Positions 32,165-42,224 are shown, counted from the first letter of the stretch. The stretch is DNA of 64,000 nt from Deltaproteobacteria bacterium (GCA_016933965.1 JAFGTS010000044.1:59533-123532), one strand, 5' to 3'. Notes: generated by a model from the letters alone, not told the origin. Numbers and translations: made by a program.

Positions 32165-35100
32165 TCACGACAGCTCCTTCCATTTTTTCAGTGCCGTGAA
32201 ATAGAGCCCGCAGGTGACGACCGACCGGTCGATCCCTTCAAAACGAGACAGCATCGCCTGGTAGTCTTCCAGCTGTGAACGATACCGCCGCAGTTCCTCA
32301 TCCATGAACTCTTCCGCACCTTGCCCCGCCGCCGGCCGTGAGGTCTTGAAATCGATGACCCACCAGGAGGTTCCGTCAAAAACGGTCAGGTCGATGGTGC
32401 CCGAGCGGATGCGCTCGTCTGTTTTTCTGTCCTCGAGGGACCACTCGCAGCGTACGACGGGGTGCCCGCCGCCGGTCAGATCCGAGAGAAACGGATCCTC
32501 AAACGAGCGTCGTGCCTCTTGAAGAATGTCCGCCGCCATTGATGAAGCCTGGGTGGCGGAGAGCCCTTCAAGGCGGAGCGCCGACCGGACGGCAACTTCC
32601 CCGGGCAGGCCTCCCGTTTCAATTCCCCGTTGCATGAGCCGGTGAATGACCGTTCCCCTGACGCGGTCGCTCAGGCCCGCCTTCGGCGATTCCGCTTCCA
32701 CGGGCCTTGCTTCATCATCATCGAATGCCCCGGAAGAGGGGTTTTCTATCATGCAGGGAATTTTTTCCGGCGTCAGAGGATAGGGGGCCGGCAGTTCGGG
32801 ACGGAACGAACGTTTTGCCAGTGCCGGGGCCTCACAGGGGGGATTGACGGCGATCTCCAGCCCGGATGCGGATACTCCCGCCACGTCCGCCGCCGTCTTT
32901 CCCGTCATGCCCTGATAATTCATGATCCAGCCGAGCGGGTTCTGCGTGCCGGCCTTGAAGGCCCCCTCCTTCAGGGTCGTGACACCGCTCAGATACAGGC
33001 TCTCCCGCGCCCTTGTCACGGCGACGTAGAACCAGCGCCTTGCCTCGCCGATCTTCCGTTCCTTCCTGATGTTCCTGAGGAGATTGTAGAACAGTGACGG
33101 CTGGTCGATCCGCCGGTCCGGTGACATGGCGATCAGGCGTTCACCCTTCGTGCCGGGAATGCGCTCGAGCAGATAGGGCGGGGCATGTCGGGACTCTCCC
33201 GACAGGGGGTTCCAGTCCAGGAAAGGGAGAAACACGATATCGAATTCGAGGCCCTTTGCCCGGTGGATGGTCATCAACTGGACGGGCGACCTGGCCGTCG
33301 TGGGGTCTTCCGGCTCGTAGTGGAAGTCCAGAAGAGTTTCGACCCGGTTGAGGGTTTCCAGGGGGATCCCTCTCTCCGCCTCGTCAAGAAGCTCAAGGAA
33401 CCGCCTGCAATTTGCGATCCCCGCCATGTCGTACCGTGATGCCGTCCGGGCGGGGCCATCGAGCTCCTCCCACATTTTTCGAACAATGACACCCAGGTGG
33501 TCCCGTCCGATCCGCCTATAGGCGCGATCCACGGCATCTTCGACGATGGAAAGGCCGGGCAGTTTCCCTGAGGCTTCGGCGATCTTTTCCCGCCAGCTTT
33601 CGGGTGCTTCCAGCGCCGTTTCCAGGAGGGCCGCCGTATCGTACCACGACCAGGGAGAGCGAAGCAGCGATGCCCAGGCAAGGTCGTCGTGGGGTTTGAC
33701 GAGAAGGCGGGCCATCTGCATGAGGTGCGCCACCTCCGGTCGCTCCTTCAGGAGCAGCCCTTCCTGAACCCGCACGGGGATGCCGGCCTGCTTGAGCGCC
33801 CGGAGATAGACGGTCAGCCTGGTACGGGTGAAGAGAAGGATGCCGATGGATCTCTCTCCTCCCGTTTCAGTGACCACCTGGCCGATCCTGCCGGCCAGCC
33901 AGAGGGCCTCGTCGGTTTTCGCCCGCTCCTTCTCATCCCTGACGAAGAGGTTGAGGGACAGGGTCGTATCGGCCGTTCCTTGCTTCACCGGCGACCCGGG
34001 ACTGAAGGACACTTCGTCGGCTTCCACCCGGGGTTCCCGCATGACCTCCTCGCCGAAAAGGCCGTTCGTCCATTCGATCAGTTTTCCCGTGGAGCGGAAA
34101 TTCGTTCTCAAAAGGAGCGATTCCAGGGGGATCGACCCCCGGCCGGGCAGGGGGATCCCTTTCAGGGCTTCGTAAAAGAGGGCGACCTCGGCGTTCCGGA
34201 AGGCATAGATGGATTGCTTCGGGTCACCGACGATGAAGACCGTCCTGCCGTCGCCCGGACCCCACCCGCTGCACAGCCGCTGGATCAGGTCCCACTGGTT
34301 TCTGCTCGTGTCCTGAAATTCATCGACCAGCAGGTGCTGTATCCGATGGTCGAGATAGAGATGCAGCTCCGAGGGGTCGCTTTCATTCAACACCCTGAGG
34401 GCGGCCTGTTCCAGCCCCACGAAATCGATACAGTGCCGGCTCCCGCAGAGTGACTCGTAGTCTCCGATGACCTCGGCGGCGAGGATAATGAAATCGTCCA
34501 GGTCGTTCATATTCACTGGCATGTCGTCCATCGCCGGATAGAAGCGTGTTGCCTGGAGCAGTGCCGCTGTTTTCGGCGGCATCCCGGTGATCGCTTTGGC
34601 CCATGCCGTTTTCCCGAAACCGCTGTAGAAGCCGCTCTTGGGTCCAAAGGTCCTTCTCGGCCTGCCATCCTTGGTCAGCAGGGACGCGGCGATGCTGCGC
34701 CATGCCGGCAGGTTCTCCCAGGAACTTCCGGGAAGGCGGGAGGGGAAAACCGATGCGTTCTCTGCGTCGTTGGACGCCAGGTCGGCGATGAACCGCGGCC
34801 ACTGCGAACCGGGCTCTTTCTTCGCGAAATCAGCTGCAAGCCCGGACAGGCGTTCTTCCAGATACCCTGCGAGCCGTTCACGGATGATGGATGTGAGCGC
34901 ATCCCTGTTTCCGTACCCGGCTTCCCTGAGCGCCCGGACAAGGTCGGTGAACTTGTCGCGCTGAGAGATAATATCCTTCAGCTCCGCCGCCAGCGCGCTC
35001 CAGTTGTTATTGTAATGAAGGAGGCGGTTCGTGAAGGCCCGCCGCGTTACATCGCCGGAGGGCAGGGCAAAGAGGCGGTTCGAAGTCTTCCTCACCGATT

Positions 35101-35566
35101 CTTCCAGCAGAAGGGGCTGGTCCTGGTCCGCCGAGATGTCGAAGCCGGGGACGATGCCGGCTTCCAGCGGCGCGTGGCTGACGAGGTAACTGCAGAAACC
35201 ATGAAAAGTCATCACGTTCAGGCCCTTCGACGACAGGAGGACGTCTTTTCGCTCATAGTGCTTTTCAAGGGCCCGCGCGGCGTATTCCAGCAGAAGGCTG
35301 TCGGGAAGGTCCGTGTCCGTCGTTTCGTGAACCTCTTCCGCCCTGCGGAGAAAGGTCTGGATGCGGCCCTGCATCTCTCCCGCCGCCTTTTCGGTAAAGG
35401 TCAGAGCTATGATGTCGCGGGGGTGGTCGACCTCTCCCAGCAGTTTCAGAAATCTCATGGTGAGGAGAAGCGTTTTCCCCGAGCCGGCCGGTGACTCCAC
35501 ATGATAGGACGCCCCTGTATCAAGCGCCATCGATCGTTCCCGCGAATCGCCGAGCTCAGGTTTCAT
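32165..35566 (-). CDS. addA: AddA-like UvrD/Rep-family helicase with C-terminal PD-(D/E)XK nuclease
   Basis: 1133 aa; Walker A SPAGSGKT, UvrD motifs (LVDEFQDTS, FIVGDPKQSIY, TIHRAKGLEFD), C-terminal GTIDL...VIDFKT nuclease motif. Confidence 0.85.
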   Translation of the reverse strand: MKPELGDSRERSMALDTGASYHVESPAGSGKTLLLTMRFLKLLGEVDHPRDIIALTFTEKAAGEMQGRIQTFLRRAEEVHETTDTDLPDSLLLEYAARALEKHYERKDVLLSSKGLNVMTFHGFCSYLVSHAPLEAGIVPGFDISADQDQPLLLEESVRKTSNRLFALPSGDVTRRAFTNRLLHYNNNWSALAAELKDIISQRDKFTDLVRALREAGYGNRDALTSIIRERLAGYLEERLSGLAADFAKKEPGSQWPRFIADLASNDAENASVFPSRLPGSSWENLPAWRSIAASLLTKDGRPRRTFGPKSGFYSGFGKTAWAKAITGMPPKTAALLQATRFYPAMDDMPVNMNDLDDFIILAAEVIGDYESLCGSRHCIDFVGLEQAALRVLNESDPSELHLYLDHRIQHLLVDEFQDTSRNQWDLIQRLCSGWGPGDGRTVFIVGDPKQSIYAFRNAEVALFYEALKGIPLPGRGSIPLESLLLRTNFRSTGKLIEWTNGLFGEEVMREPRVEADEVSFSPGSPVKQGTADTTLSLNLFVRDEKERAKTDEALWLAGRIGQVVTETGGERSIGILLFTRTRLTVYLRALKQAGIPVRVQEGLLLKERPEVAHLMQMARLLVKPHDDLAWASLLRSPWSWYDTAALLETALEAPESWREKIAEASGKLPGLSIVEDAVDRAYRRIGRDHLGVIVRKMWEELDGPARTASRYDMAGIANCRRFLELLDEAERGIPLETLNRVETLLDFHYEPEDPTTARSPVQLMTIHRAKGLEFDIVFLPFLDWNPLSGESRHAPPYLLERIPGTKGERLIAMSPDRRIDQPSLFYNLLRNIRKERKIGEARRWFYVAVTRARESLYLSGVTTLKEGAFKAGTQNPLGWIMNYQGMTGKTAADVAGVSASGLEIAVNPPCEAPALAKRSFRPELPAPYPLTPEKIPCMIENPSSGAFDDDEARPVEAESPKAGLSDRVRGTVIHRLMQRGIETGGLPGEVAVRSALRLEGLSATQASSMAADILQEARRSFEDPFLSDLTGGGHPVVRCEWSLEDRKTDERIRSGTIDLTVFDGTSWWVIDFKTSRPAAGQGAEEFMDEELRRYRSQLEDYQAMLSRFEGIDRSVVTCGLYFTALKKWKELS

Positions 35567-38207
35567 CGGGTTCCTCGTGGTTCGGTAATTCAGTTGCCTG
35601 CAATCCTTTTCGGCAGACGGTGCGGACAGGGCAGCCCCGGCAGACGGCCTCCGGGTCCTTTACGTCCGAAAAGGGACAGGGTTCAGCCGGGAACCGAGCC
35701 TCTTTGAGGAGCTCCCCCAGCCGGGATATGACAGCGGTCCACTCATCAAGCGATGCCGTGATCTCCGGGACCTCCCGGAATGTGACCTCCCGGAGTGACT
35801 TCACCTGCACGTATCCCGCCGACGCGCCCGTCACGTCACCCGCATTGATATCCAGGCCGCGTGTCTTCCCCTCGCGGACGGCCATGAGGTACAACGGGAG
35901 CTGAGGCGCTTTGAAGGCTTTCGTGATGTCCGCCTTTGCCGGAAGATTTCCCGTCTTGTAATCCCAGCAGGCAATGCCGCCCGTCCCGCTGACATCGATC
36001 CGGTCTATCCTGCCGCGAAGCGAAAAGGGCCAGTCGGACAGTTTCAGGTCCTGAAAGCTGATCTCTTCCCCGACGCATTGCCAGCCTTCCAGCCGGTGCT
36101 CGGCTTCCTTTTCGAGCCAGGCCGTCAGGAGGCCCGGCTGCGCGGAGTCTTTCAATTCAAGCCATCGTTCCCGTTCCACGACCCACCGGGGGTCACGGGA
36201 CAGCGCTCCCAGGACCGTATCCACGCATGATTCAATGATCTCCCGTGATGCAGCACGCTCCCGGGTCACATCAAGACCGGCTTCCCGAATTTTTCTCGTG
36301 AACGCCGACAATACCCGGTGGAGCGCGATCCCCCGTTCACGCGGCGGGATCCCCGGTCCTGCGTCGTCAAGGGGTTCGATCCCGGCGATGGTCTCGACGA
36401 AGTACCGGAAGGGACAGGAAAGGGCCGCTTCCACCTGGGTCGGTGAAAGGACGTCCCTTTGCGCAATGGCGGGGAGCACGGGGTCTTCGGTGTCCTCGAT
36501 GTCCGTCCCCAGACCGCGGAACGCCGCCTGTAGCCAGGTCGCCCGGCTCCAGGCGGGTCCCGGATCGTTCCAGATGTCAATGCCGGTCGTCTCTGCGTGC
36601 CGCGGCCAGAACGGCGAGGGCGTCAACGGCTTTGACTGTTCCTGTTCGGCCCGTGTCAGGATCACGCCTTCCGCAGAGCGCAGGAGCCGGGAAAAGCTCC
36701 GCCGCGCGAAATCATGCTGGCTTTCCACGGTTCCTCCCTGGACGAGAGCGCGTTCACGCCCGTCGAGAAGGGGAAGGGGTCGCGCCGGCTGGGGAAATGA
36801 ACCGTCATTCATGTCCAGCAGGTAGAGCCGTTCGAAATCAAGGCCGCGGGACTCGATGATACCAATGACCTGGATGCCGGCCTCTTCCGATGCAGAGACC
36901 TGCGCCGTCGTTCGGGATGCCAGGTACTCCAGCCAGGAAAGGAACTCACGCCCGTTCATGAGGACCGCTGACAGATGGGCCGCAAAAATGTCGAGGATGC
37001 TTACGAGGTGCCCCTGATCGACGGTATCCTTTTCGTCGGATATCACGGGAAAGCCGAGGTGCTTCCAGAGGGTGTTCATTTCTCCCGCCCAGAAGGCCCC
37101 CTCTTTTCTTGTTTCAAGATCCCGCTCCAGGAATGAGAAGAGATGCTCCGCCGGTTCCGGGCGGACCTGTTCCAGGATGTCGGGCCGCTCTTTCTTCAAT
37201 GCCCGCATGAGATGTCCGAGGCCGGAATCGACGGCGGCGGCACGCCAGACGCGGTCCGCACGGGCTATGGCGTGACGCTTTCCCTGCCAGCAGCCGTAAT
37301 ACGGTGAGAGAAGAAGGGCCATGAACAGGTCTCGATCGTATCCCTCAAGGGCGAAACGCAGGGGAAGAAGGGCCGCCCGTACGAGGGCCGTTTCGCTCAG
37401 GGGGACGCCGCGGGTCATGTTGAACCACTGGCTGCCCCGCGCGGGGACCTCGGCGGTGACTTCCGCAAGGGCTTTTTCGATCATCCCCACGTAGCCGTCC
37501 ATATCGGGGACGACGACACCGATCCGGTGAAGCGGTATGGACCGGGCGTCTTCGACCAGACACCGCGTAAGATACTGCACTTCCTGCTCCCGGGTGGGGA
37601 GTGCCACGGCCCGGGGAACGGCCGCCTGTGAGAGCGGATCATCGATATGTTCACAGTTGCCTCTCATGCGGAACAGGGCAAAGAGATCCTCTTCCAGCGG
37701 CGCCGGGAGATCGAACCCGGCAAGCCGGACCTTGGCGGGGCAGGGGATCCTGTCCGCTTCGATGGCCTGCCGGACGTGGAGAGGAAGTTCCGCGGGGTGG
37801 AAATACCCGTCTTTCCGAAGGGCTTCTTCAAAGGCACGGCTGATGGTTCGCCGCCATTCGACAAGGGGGGGCGCAGGAGCGCCTCTTTTCGGGTCGATCC
37901 GATGTCGAACCAGGGTCTTATAGGTTTCGTCAAGGAGGGTGAATATACCGAAACCACCCTTCAGAGGCTCCGGCGGTGGTATTTTTTCCGACAGGGTTCT
38001 CCACAGGTTGATACGGTGCGGTTCCGGGGCGGGAACACGTTCGGGCCACGCATCGGCCCAGGCCGCTGAGAGCCACACGTTCAGGCTGACCGCCGGCGGG
38101 CGTTCCCAGGCCGTTTCATCCTCGAGCACGCGGGACCGTCGGAAACGATGACGCAATCTGCGGGCAAGTCTCCCCGTCGCGGTAAGGTACAGGTGATCAG
38201 GGTCCAT
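35556..38207 (-). CDS. addB: AddB-like PD-(D/E)XK nuclease subunit with a Fe-S cluster Cys set
   Basis: 883 aa; no intact Walker A; C-terminal nuclease domain with SCPFRYF ... GRIDRID...WDYKTG ... CPF...CRGCPVRTVC (C..CxxCx5C pattern); 11-nt overlap with the addA-like gene. Confidence 0.8.
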   Translation of the reverse strand: MDPDHLYLTATGRLARRLRHRFRRSRVLEDETAWERPPAVSLNVWLSAAWADAWPERVPAPEPHRINLWRTLSEKIPPPEPLKGGFGIFTLLDETYKTLVRHRIDPKRGAPAPPLVEWRRTISRAFEEALRKDGYFHPAELPLHVRQAIEADRIPCPAKVRLAGFDLPAPLEEDLFALFRMRGNCEHIDDPLSQAAVPRAVALPTREQEVQYLTRCLVEDARSIPLHRIGVVVPDMDGYVGMIEKALAEVTAEVPARGSQWFNMTRGVPLSETALVRAALLPLRFALEGYDRDLFMALLLSPYYGCWQGKRHAIARADRVWRAAAVDSGLGHLMRALKKERPDILEQVRPEPAEHLFSFLERDLETRKEGAFWAGEMNTLWKHLGFPVISDEKDTVDQGHLVSILDIFAAHLSAVLMNGREFLSWLEYLASRTTAQVSASEEAGIQVIGIIESRGLDFERLYLLDMNDGSFPQPARPLPLLDGRERALVQGGTVESQHDFARRSFSRLLRSAEGVILTRAEQEQSKPLTPSPFWPRHAETTGIDIWNDPGPAWSRATWLQAAFRGLGTDIEDTEDPVLPAIAQRDVLSPTQVEAALSCPFRYFVETIAGIEPLDDAGPGIPPRERGIALHRVLSAFTRKIREAGLDVTRERAASREIIESCVDTVLGALSRDPRWVVERERWLELKDSAQPGLLTAWLEKEAEHRLEGWQCVGEEISFQDLKLSDWPFSLRGRIDRIDVSGTGGIACWDYKTGNLPAKADITKAFKAPQLPLYLMAVREGKTRGLDINAGDVTGASAGYVQVKSLREVTFREVPEITASLDEWTAVISRLGELLKEARFPAEPCPFSDVKDPEAVCRGCPVRTVCRKGLQATELPNHEEPDET

Positions 38208-38238
38208 GGAGCGTTTCCGGTGCCGGTGAGCCGGCGGC

Positions 38239-39051
38239 TCAGTGAGTTTTCCCCTTTATCAGTTCGACGATGCGGGGCAGGGCTTCACCGGTTCTCATGG
38301 GAATATACACGTCCGATACCGATGAAAAAGCGTTTTCCGTGGGATTGATAACGATAACCTGCGACCCCGCCTTTTTCGCTTCCATCGGGAACGCCGCGGC
38401 CGGATAGACGACACCCGACGTACCCAGGACCAGCATGACATCGCATTCCGCCGAGCACTTCAGCGCCCGGGGCAGGTTCTGGACCGCCTCTCCGAACATG
38501 ACGACGTCGGGACGGGTGATGAACCCGCAGACGCTGCACCGGGGGGCGATGGACATGAGCGAGTTGATAGTATATTCACTCAGGGAATTGATGGTCTCTC
38601 TCACCCTGCCGATGAGAGGTTTCCTGTCGTAGCTTGTGACAGTGTTGCAGGCGAGACATTTCATGCGGAACACGTTTCCGTGAACCTCTATGACATCGGT
38701 GCTGCCCGCTTCCTGGTGAAGATTGTCTGCATTCTGCGTGATGACCGTTTTGAGAACGCCCATTTTTTCAAGATCCGCCAGGGCGAAATGACCGCGGTTC
38801 GGCTCGGCCCCTTCGAAGGAGTCAAGGATTTCCATGAAAAGGGGGAGCAGCTTCCCCGCATCGCGTTGCAGCGTTCTGATCAATCCGTCCGGTGTCCCCA
38901 CTTCCATCGGGTCGATCCGGTCCCAGATGCCGCCGACGTCCCTGAAGGTGGCGATGCCGCTCTCAGCCGAAACACCCGCTCCACAGGAAGCGACGGTACG
39001 TGTCGACCGTGACAGGATCGCGGCCGCCTTTATCAATCCTTCTTCCCCCAT
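38239..39051 (-). CDS. cobB: NAD-dependent protein deacylase (sirtuin, CobB/Sir2 family)
   Basis: 270 aa; canonical GAGVSAESGIATFRD, TQNADNLH and EVHG motifs, plus a Zn ribbon CLAC...CSVCG. Confidence 0.88.
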   Translation of the reverse strand: MGEEGLIKAAAILSRSTRTVASCGAGVSAESGIATFRDVGGIWDRIDPMEVGTPDGLIRTLQRDAGKLLPLFMEILDSFEGAEPNRGHFALADLEKMGVLKTVITQNADNLHQEAGSTDVIEVHGNVFRMKCLACNTVTSYDRKPLIGRVRETINSLSEYTINSLMSIAPRCSVCGFITRPDVVMFGEAVQNLPRALKCSAECDVMLVLGTSGVVYPAAAFPMEAKKAGSQVIVINPTENAFSSVSDVYIPMRTGEALPRIVELIKGKTH

Positions 39052-39110
39052 CAGTAACTTCCTCCTTTTTGCATCATCGGAATACCGCCGGCTCCGCGGT
39101 CAACGCCGCG

Positions 39111-39485
39111 TTATCCGCGCAGCTCGCCTATGGCAAGGGCCGGTTTCCCCGACCGGGTTTGTATGTACAGTACATCATCGCTCCCGTGGAAGATGCGCAG
39201 GCGGACCTTCCCGCCACCCTCTTGTCGGATATAGCCTTCCTGGAGCAGCGTGCCGATGTGGAGCTTGAAGATGCCGATGAACTCGGCGGCGCCGTCGGCG
39301 TGACGTTTCCAGGACAGGTGCAGGTACAGCGGGTCATGATCGAGGGGGACAGCTATATGGTAGTGATGCTCGAAATCATCGTTTCCCGTCCAGTGCCTGT
39401 TCTTCTGAAGAAGCGAGCCCTGCTGGACCCGCTGCGCGAGATGGCCGAACTGCGGAAGCGGATATCTGTCGCGTATCATGGTCAC
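39111..39485 (-). CDS. Hypothetical protein (no family recognised)
   Basis: 124-aa ORF; start overlaps the Nudix stop by ATGA (39482-39485); same strand as, and tightly spaced with, its neighbours. Confidence 0.5.
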   Translation of the reverse strand: MTMIRDRYPLPQFGHLAQRVQQGSLLQKNRHWTGNDDFEHHYHIAVPLDHDPLYLHLSWKRHADGAAEFIGIFKLHIGTLLQEGYIRQEGGGKVRLRIFHGSDDVLYIQTRSGKPALAIGELRG

Positions 39486-39949
39486 GTTTCCCCCGTACCC
39501 CTCGTTTCGCGCCGTTTGAAATAATCGGCGAGGATCTCTTCGTGATCGAACATGACAGGCTTCGGCAGGGTCGTCCTGGTAAAGAGACCGATGTCGCCGG
39601 CATCATCGGCGGCCCGGGGAACACCAGTTCCCCGTGCTATGAAGACGGTGGATATCGTGTGATGCCGGGGATCGCGGTCCGGACGCGAATAGGTGTGCAT
39701 CTGCTCGATGAGCTCCACGTCGAGTGATGTTTCCTCCCGCGCCTCCCGCCGTGCCGCCTCTTCCAGGGATTCTCCATAGTCGACGAACCCTCCCGGCAAT
39801 GCCCATCCCACGGGGTCGTTGTTCCGCCGGATCAGAACGATGCTTCCCTCCGGCATTTCTATGATTATGTCCACCGTCGGAACAGGGTTCCGGTAATAGG
39901 GTATCTCACGGCCGCAGTGCGGGCAGGGTTTTGTGGTCTTGATCGACAT
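39482..39949 (-). CDS. NUDIX hydrolase with an N-terminal Zn-ribbon-like CPHC motif
   Basis: ORF 39482..40084; ATG 39949 gives [19 protein letters not shown]...; Nudix box [24 protein letters not shown]. Confidence 0.85.
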   Translation of the reverse strand: MSIKTTKPCPHCGREIPYYRNPVPTVDIIIEMPEGSIVLIRRNNDPVGWALPGGFVDYGESLEEAARREAREETSLDVELIEQMHTYSRPDRDPRHHTISTVFIARGTGVPRAADDAGDIGLFTRTTLPKPVMFDHEEILADYFKRRETRGTGET

Positions 39950-40083
39950 GAACGTCCCCGGTGTTCCGGCAGAGAAAGTGACACCTATATTGTTGTATGG
40001 ACTGTCAAATGTCAAGGAGGGAATTGCTTGACAATTCAGGGGGAATACTTTAGCCTGAGCACCACTTTCAGGCAGGTGGAACA

Positions 40084-40497
40084 ATGATAGGCGTCCTTAT
40101 CATAACTCACGGAAATCTGGGCCGGGAACTCATCAGGGCCGCGGAACTCATAAAAGGGGAACTGAAGGGGGTTATCCACGTCTCGATCGACGCGTCGCAT
40201 GCCGTCGAGGATCTCAACAGGGAGATCACGGCGGCGATGAAAAAGGCGGATTCGGGGCAGGGCATCCTTATCCTGACGGACCTTTTCGGGGGAACGCCCT
40301 CGAATATATCCCTGTCATTTCTGAAAAAGGGGAAAGTTGAGGTAATAACGGGGGTGAATCTGCCGATGTTGCTGAAGGTGTCGGAACTGAACAAGAAGGC
40401 CGGTGACCTTGAGGAATTCGCGAAGGCGGTCAAAGAATACGGCACCAAGAACATCAACCTGGCCAGTGAAATATTGAATAGAAAGGTCGGGGCGTGA
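40084..40497 (+). CDS. PTS mannose/fructose/sorbose-family EIIA component
   Basis: 137 aa; [13 protein letters not shown] with the phospho-His region typical of EIIA-Man. Confidence 0.85.
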   Translation: MIGVLIITHGNLGRELIRAAELIKGELKGVIHVSIDASHAVEDLNREITAAMKKADSGQGILILTDLFGGTPSNISLSFLKKGKVEVITGVNLPMLLKVSELNKKAGDLEEFAKAVKEYGTKNINLASEILNRKVGA

Positions 40498-40533
40498 CAC
40501 GGCACATCCCGGCGATTCCTTCCTCTGTGTTCA

Positions 40534-41022
40534 ATGAATTCCATCCTTGTCCGCGTTGACAACAGACTTGTTCACGGACAGATACTGGAAGCCTGGGTTC
40601 CCTACTTCAGGGCGAACTGTATCGTTGTCCTCAATGATGATGTGGCCGGAGATGTGTTTCGTGAGTCGGTCATCAGGATGGTGGTGCCCAGCGAGATAGA
40701 GGTACAGGTCCACGGCGTTGAGGAATTCGCGGAACATTTCAACCCCGGCGAGTGGAGCGGCAGGCGGACCATCGTTCTGATCAGGGATATACGGGACGCG
40801 CTGCGGGCCTTCCGGAAGGGGTTTTCCTTTTCACGGATCAACATCGGCAACGTGCATAATGACGACGGCAAATGCTGCGTGACGGCATCCATCTTTCTCG
40901 ATGAGCTGGATGTGAAGGCACTGAATGAACTGGTCGGATCGGGGGTGACCGTTGAACTGCGATGCATACCGCAGGACAACCCGATCGGTTTCAGTGATGC
41001 CGCCGCAAAGATCTCATTATAG
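40534..41022 (+). CDS. PTS mannose/sorbose-family EIIB component
   Basis: 162 aa; VRVDNRLVHGQ active-site His motif of EIIB-Man/Sor. Confidence 0.85.
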   Translation: MNSILVRVDNRLVHGQILEAWVPYFRANCIVVLNDDVAGDVFRESVIRMVVPSEIEVQVHGVEEFAEHFNPGEWSGRRTIVLIRDIRDALRAFRKGFSFSRINIGNVHNDDGKCCVTASIFLDELDVKALNELVGSGVTVELRCIPQDNPIGFSDAAAKISL

Positions 41023-41039
41023 AGAACGGTGAAACGGCC

Positions 41040-41726
41040 ATGTGGAAAACCGTCCTTGAGGTGGCCCTCCTGGGAGGAATCGTCTGCCTGGACAGGATTT
41101 TTCTGCAGGCGCTCATCTCCCGTCCCCTCGTTGCCGGTTCCATAACGGGGCTGTTCCTCCATGACCCGCTCACCGGCATGATCGCCGGTGCCTATATCGA
41201 ACTGCTCTGGATCGACCGGCTGCCCATCGGCTCGTACCTGCCCCCCAACGATTCCATTGTCGCCATCCTTGCCGCGGCGTCGGCGATCCTGGTGGGAAGA
41301 ACGATCGAGGCGACGTCCCCCGTCCTGATCACCCTGGCGATACTCCTCTTTCTTCCGGCCGGGCTTCTGGGACGGCGGCTGGACGGGATGCTTGCCGCGA
41401 CGAACACCGGCCTGGCCCTCAGGGCCGAAGAGGCCGCCGCTGAAGGGAATACCTCGAAGATCACGCGATACCATCTGACGGCCCTGCTGAGGCACTTTGT
41501 GACCACCGCGACGGCGCTCTTCGTCCTTCTCATGGTCGGGCTTTTCCTGATCGAAAGGATCGTGCCTCATTTCCCCGAGGGCATTCACCGGGCCCTCGGC
41601 GTGCTGTACTGTTTCATCCCGGTCCTCGGTATCGGCGTGGCCCTGAACACCATCAAGGTCCGGGGGGCGCTGCCGCTTTTCTCGGGTCTCTTTCTGGTGG
41701 TCATGGTGATGCGGTATCTCTGGTAG
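41040..41726 (+). CDS. PTS mannose/sorbose-family EIIC membrane component
   Basis: 228-aa polytopic membrane protein; GGIVCLDR...SRPLVAGSITGL..GD pattern resembles EII-Sor (IIC). Confidence 0.7.
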   Translation: MWKTVLEVALLGGIVCLDRIFLQALISRPLVAGSITGLFLHDPLTGMIAGAYIELLWIDRLPIGSYLPPNDSIVAILAAASAILVGRTIEATSPVLITLAILLFLPAGLLGRRLDGMLAATNTGLALRAEEAAAEGNTSKITRYHLTALLRHFVTTATALFVLLMVGLFLIERIVPHFPEGIHRALGVLYCFIPVLGIGVALNTIKVRGALPLFSGLFLVVMVMRYLW

Positions 41727-41743
41727 AACACCGGCGGGGAAGG

Positions 41744-42214
41744 GTGAGAACATTCATGGATGACGTGATGGTTCGTGACATGACGGAGAACGACCTGGCG
41801 GAGGTCATGGGGATCGAGCGTTCCTCCTTCGTTACCCCCTGGACGGAAAAGCTCTTCAGGGAAGAATTCTCCCTGCCGTTCTGCCACGACCTCGTGGCCG
41901 AAAAAGACGGAACGATACTGGGATATATCAGCTTTGCCGTGGTTGTCGATGAGATCCACCTCAGGAACCTTGCCGTGCGGGAAGATCAAAGGAGGCAGGG
42001 TGTCGCCTCGTCGCTTCTGTCGGCGATGGCGGCGAGGGGCCGCGGGCAGGGTGCCCTGAGGGCGACCCTGGAAGTGAGAAAATCCAACAGGGCGGCGATA
42101 AACTTGTACACAAAAAGGGGTTTTGTGATACAAGGGATTCGCCCCTTCTATTATACGGACACCAGGGAAGACGCCCTGATCCTCTGGGGGGATCTGGCGG
42201 ACAAAGGAGCGTGA
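41744..42214 (+). CDS. rimI: Ribosomal-protein-alanine N-acetyltransferase (GNAT)
   Basis: 156 aa; GNAT motif A LAVREDQRRQGVASSLL; RimI-like length and N-terminus. Confidence 0.75.
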   Translation: MRTFMDDVMVRDMTENDLAEVMGIERSSFVTPWTEKLFREEFSLPFCHDLVAEKDGTILGYISFAVVVDEIHLRNLAVREDQRRQGVASSLLSAMAARGRGQGALRATLEVRKSNRAAINLYTKRGFVIQGIRPFYYTDTREDALILWGDLADKGA

Positions 42215-42224
42215 GGTCGTCGCG

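Noticed and set aside
38239-39051. Sir2-domain gene as part of an anti-phage NADase system (Thoeris/DSR/SIR2-HerA type), given its helicase-nuclease neighbours.
   Set aside because: The protein is a compact 270-aa canonical sirtuin with all deacylase motifs and a Zn ribbon. There is no TIR, HerA, pAgo or SLOG partner, and the neighbours are bona fide AddAB-type repair proteins with the expected Fe-S/nuclease motifs.
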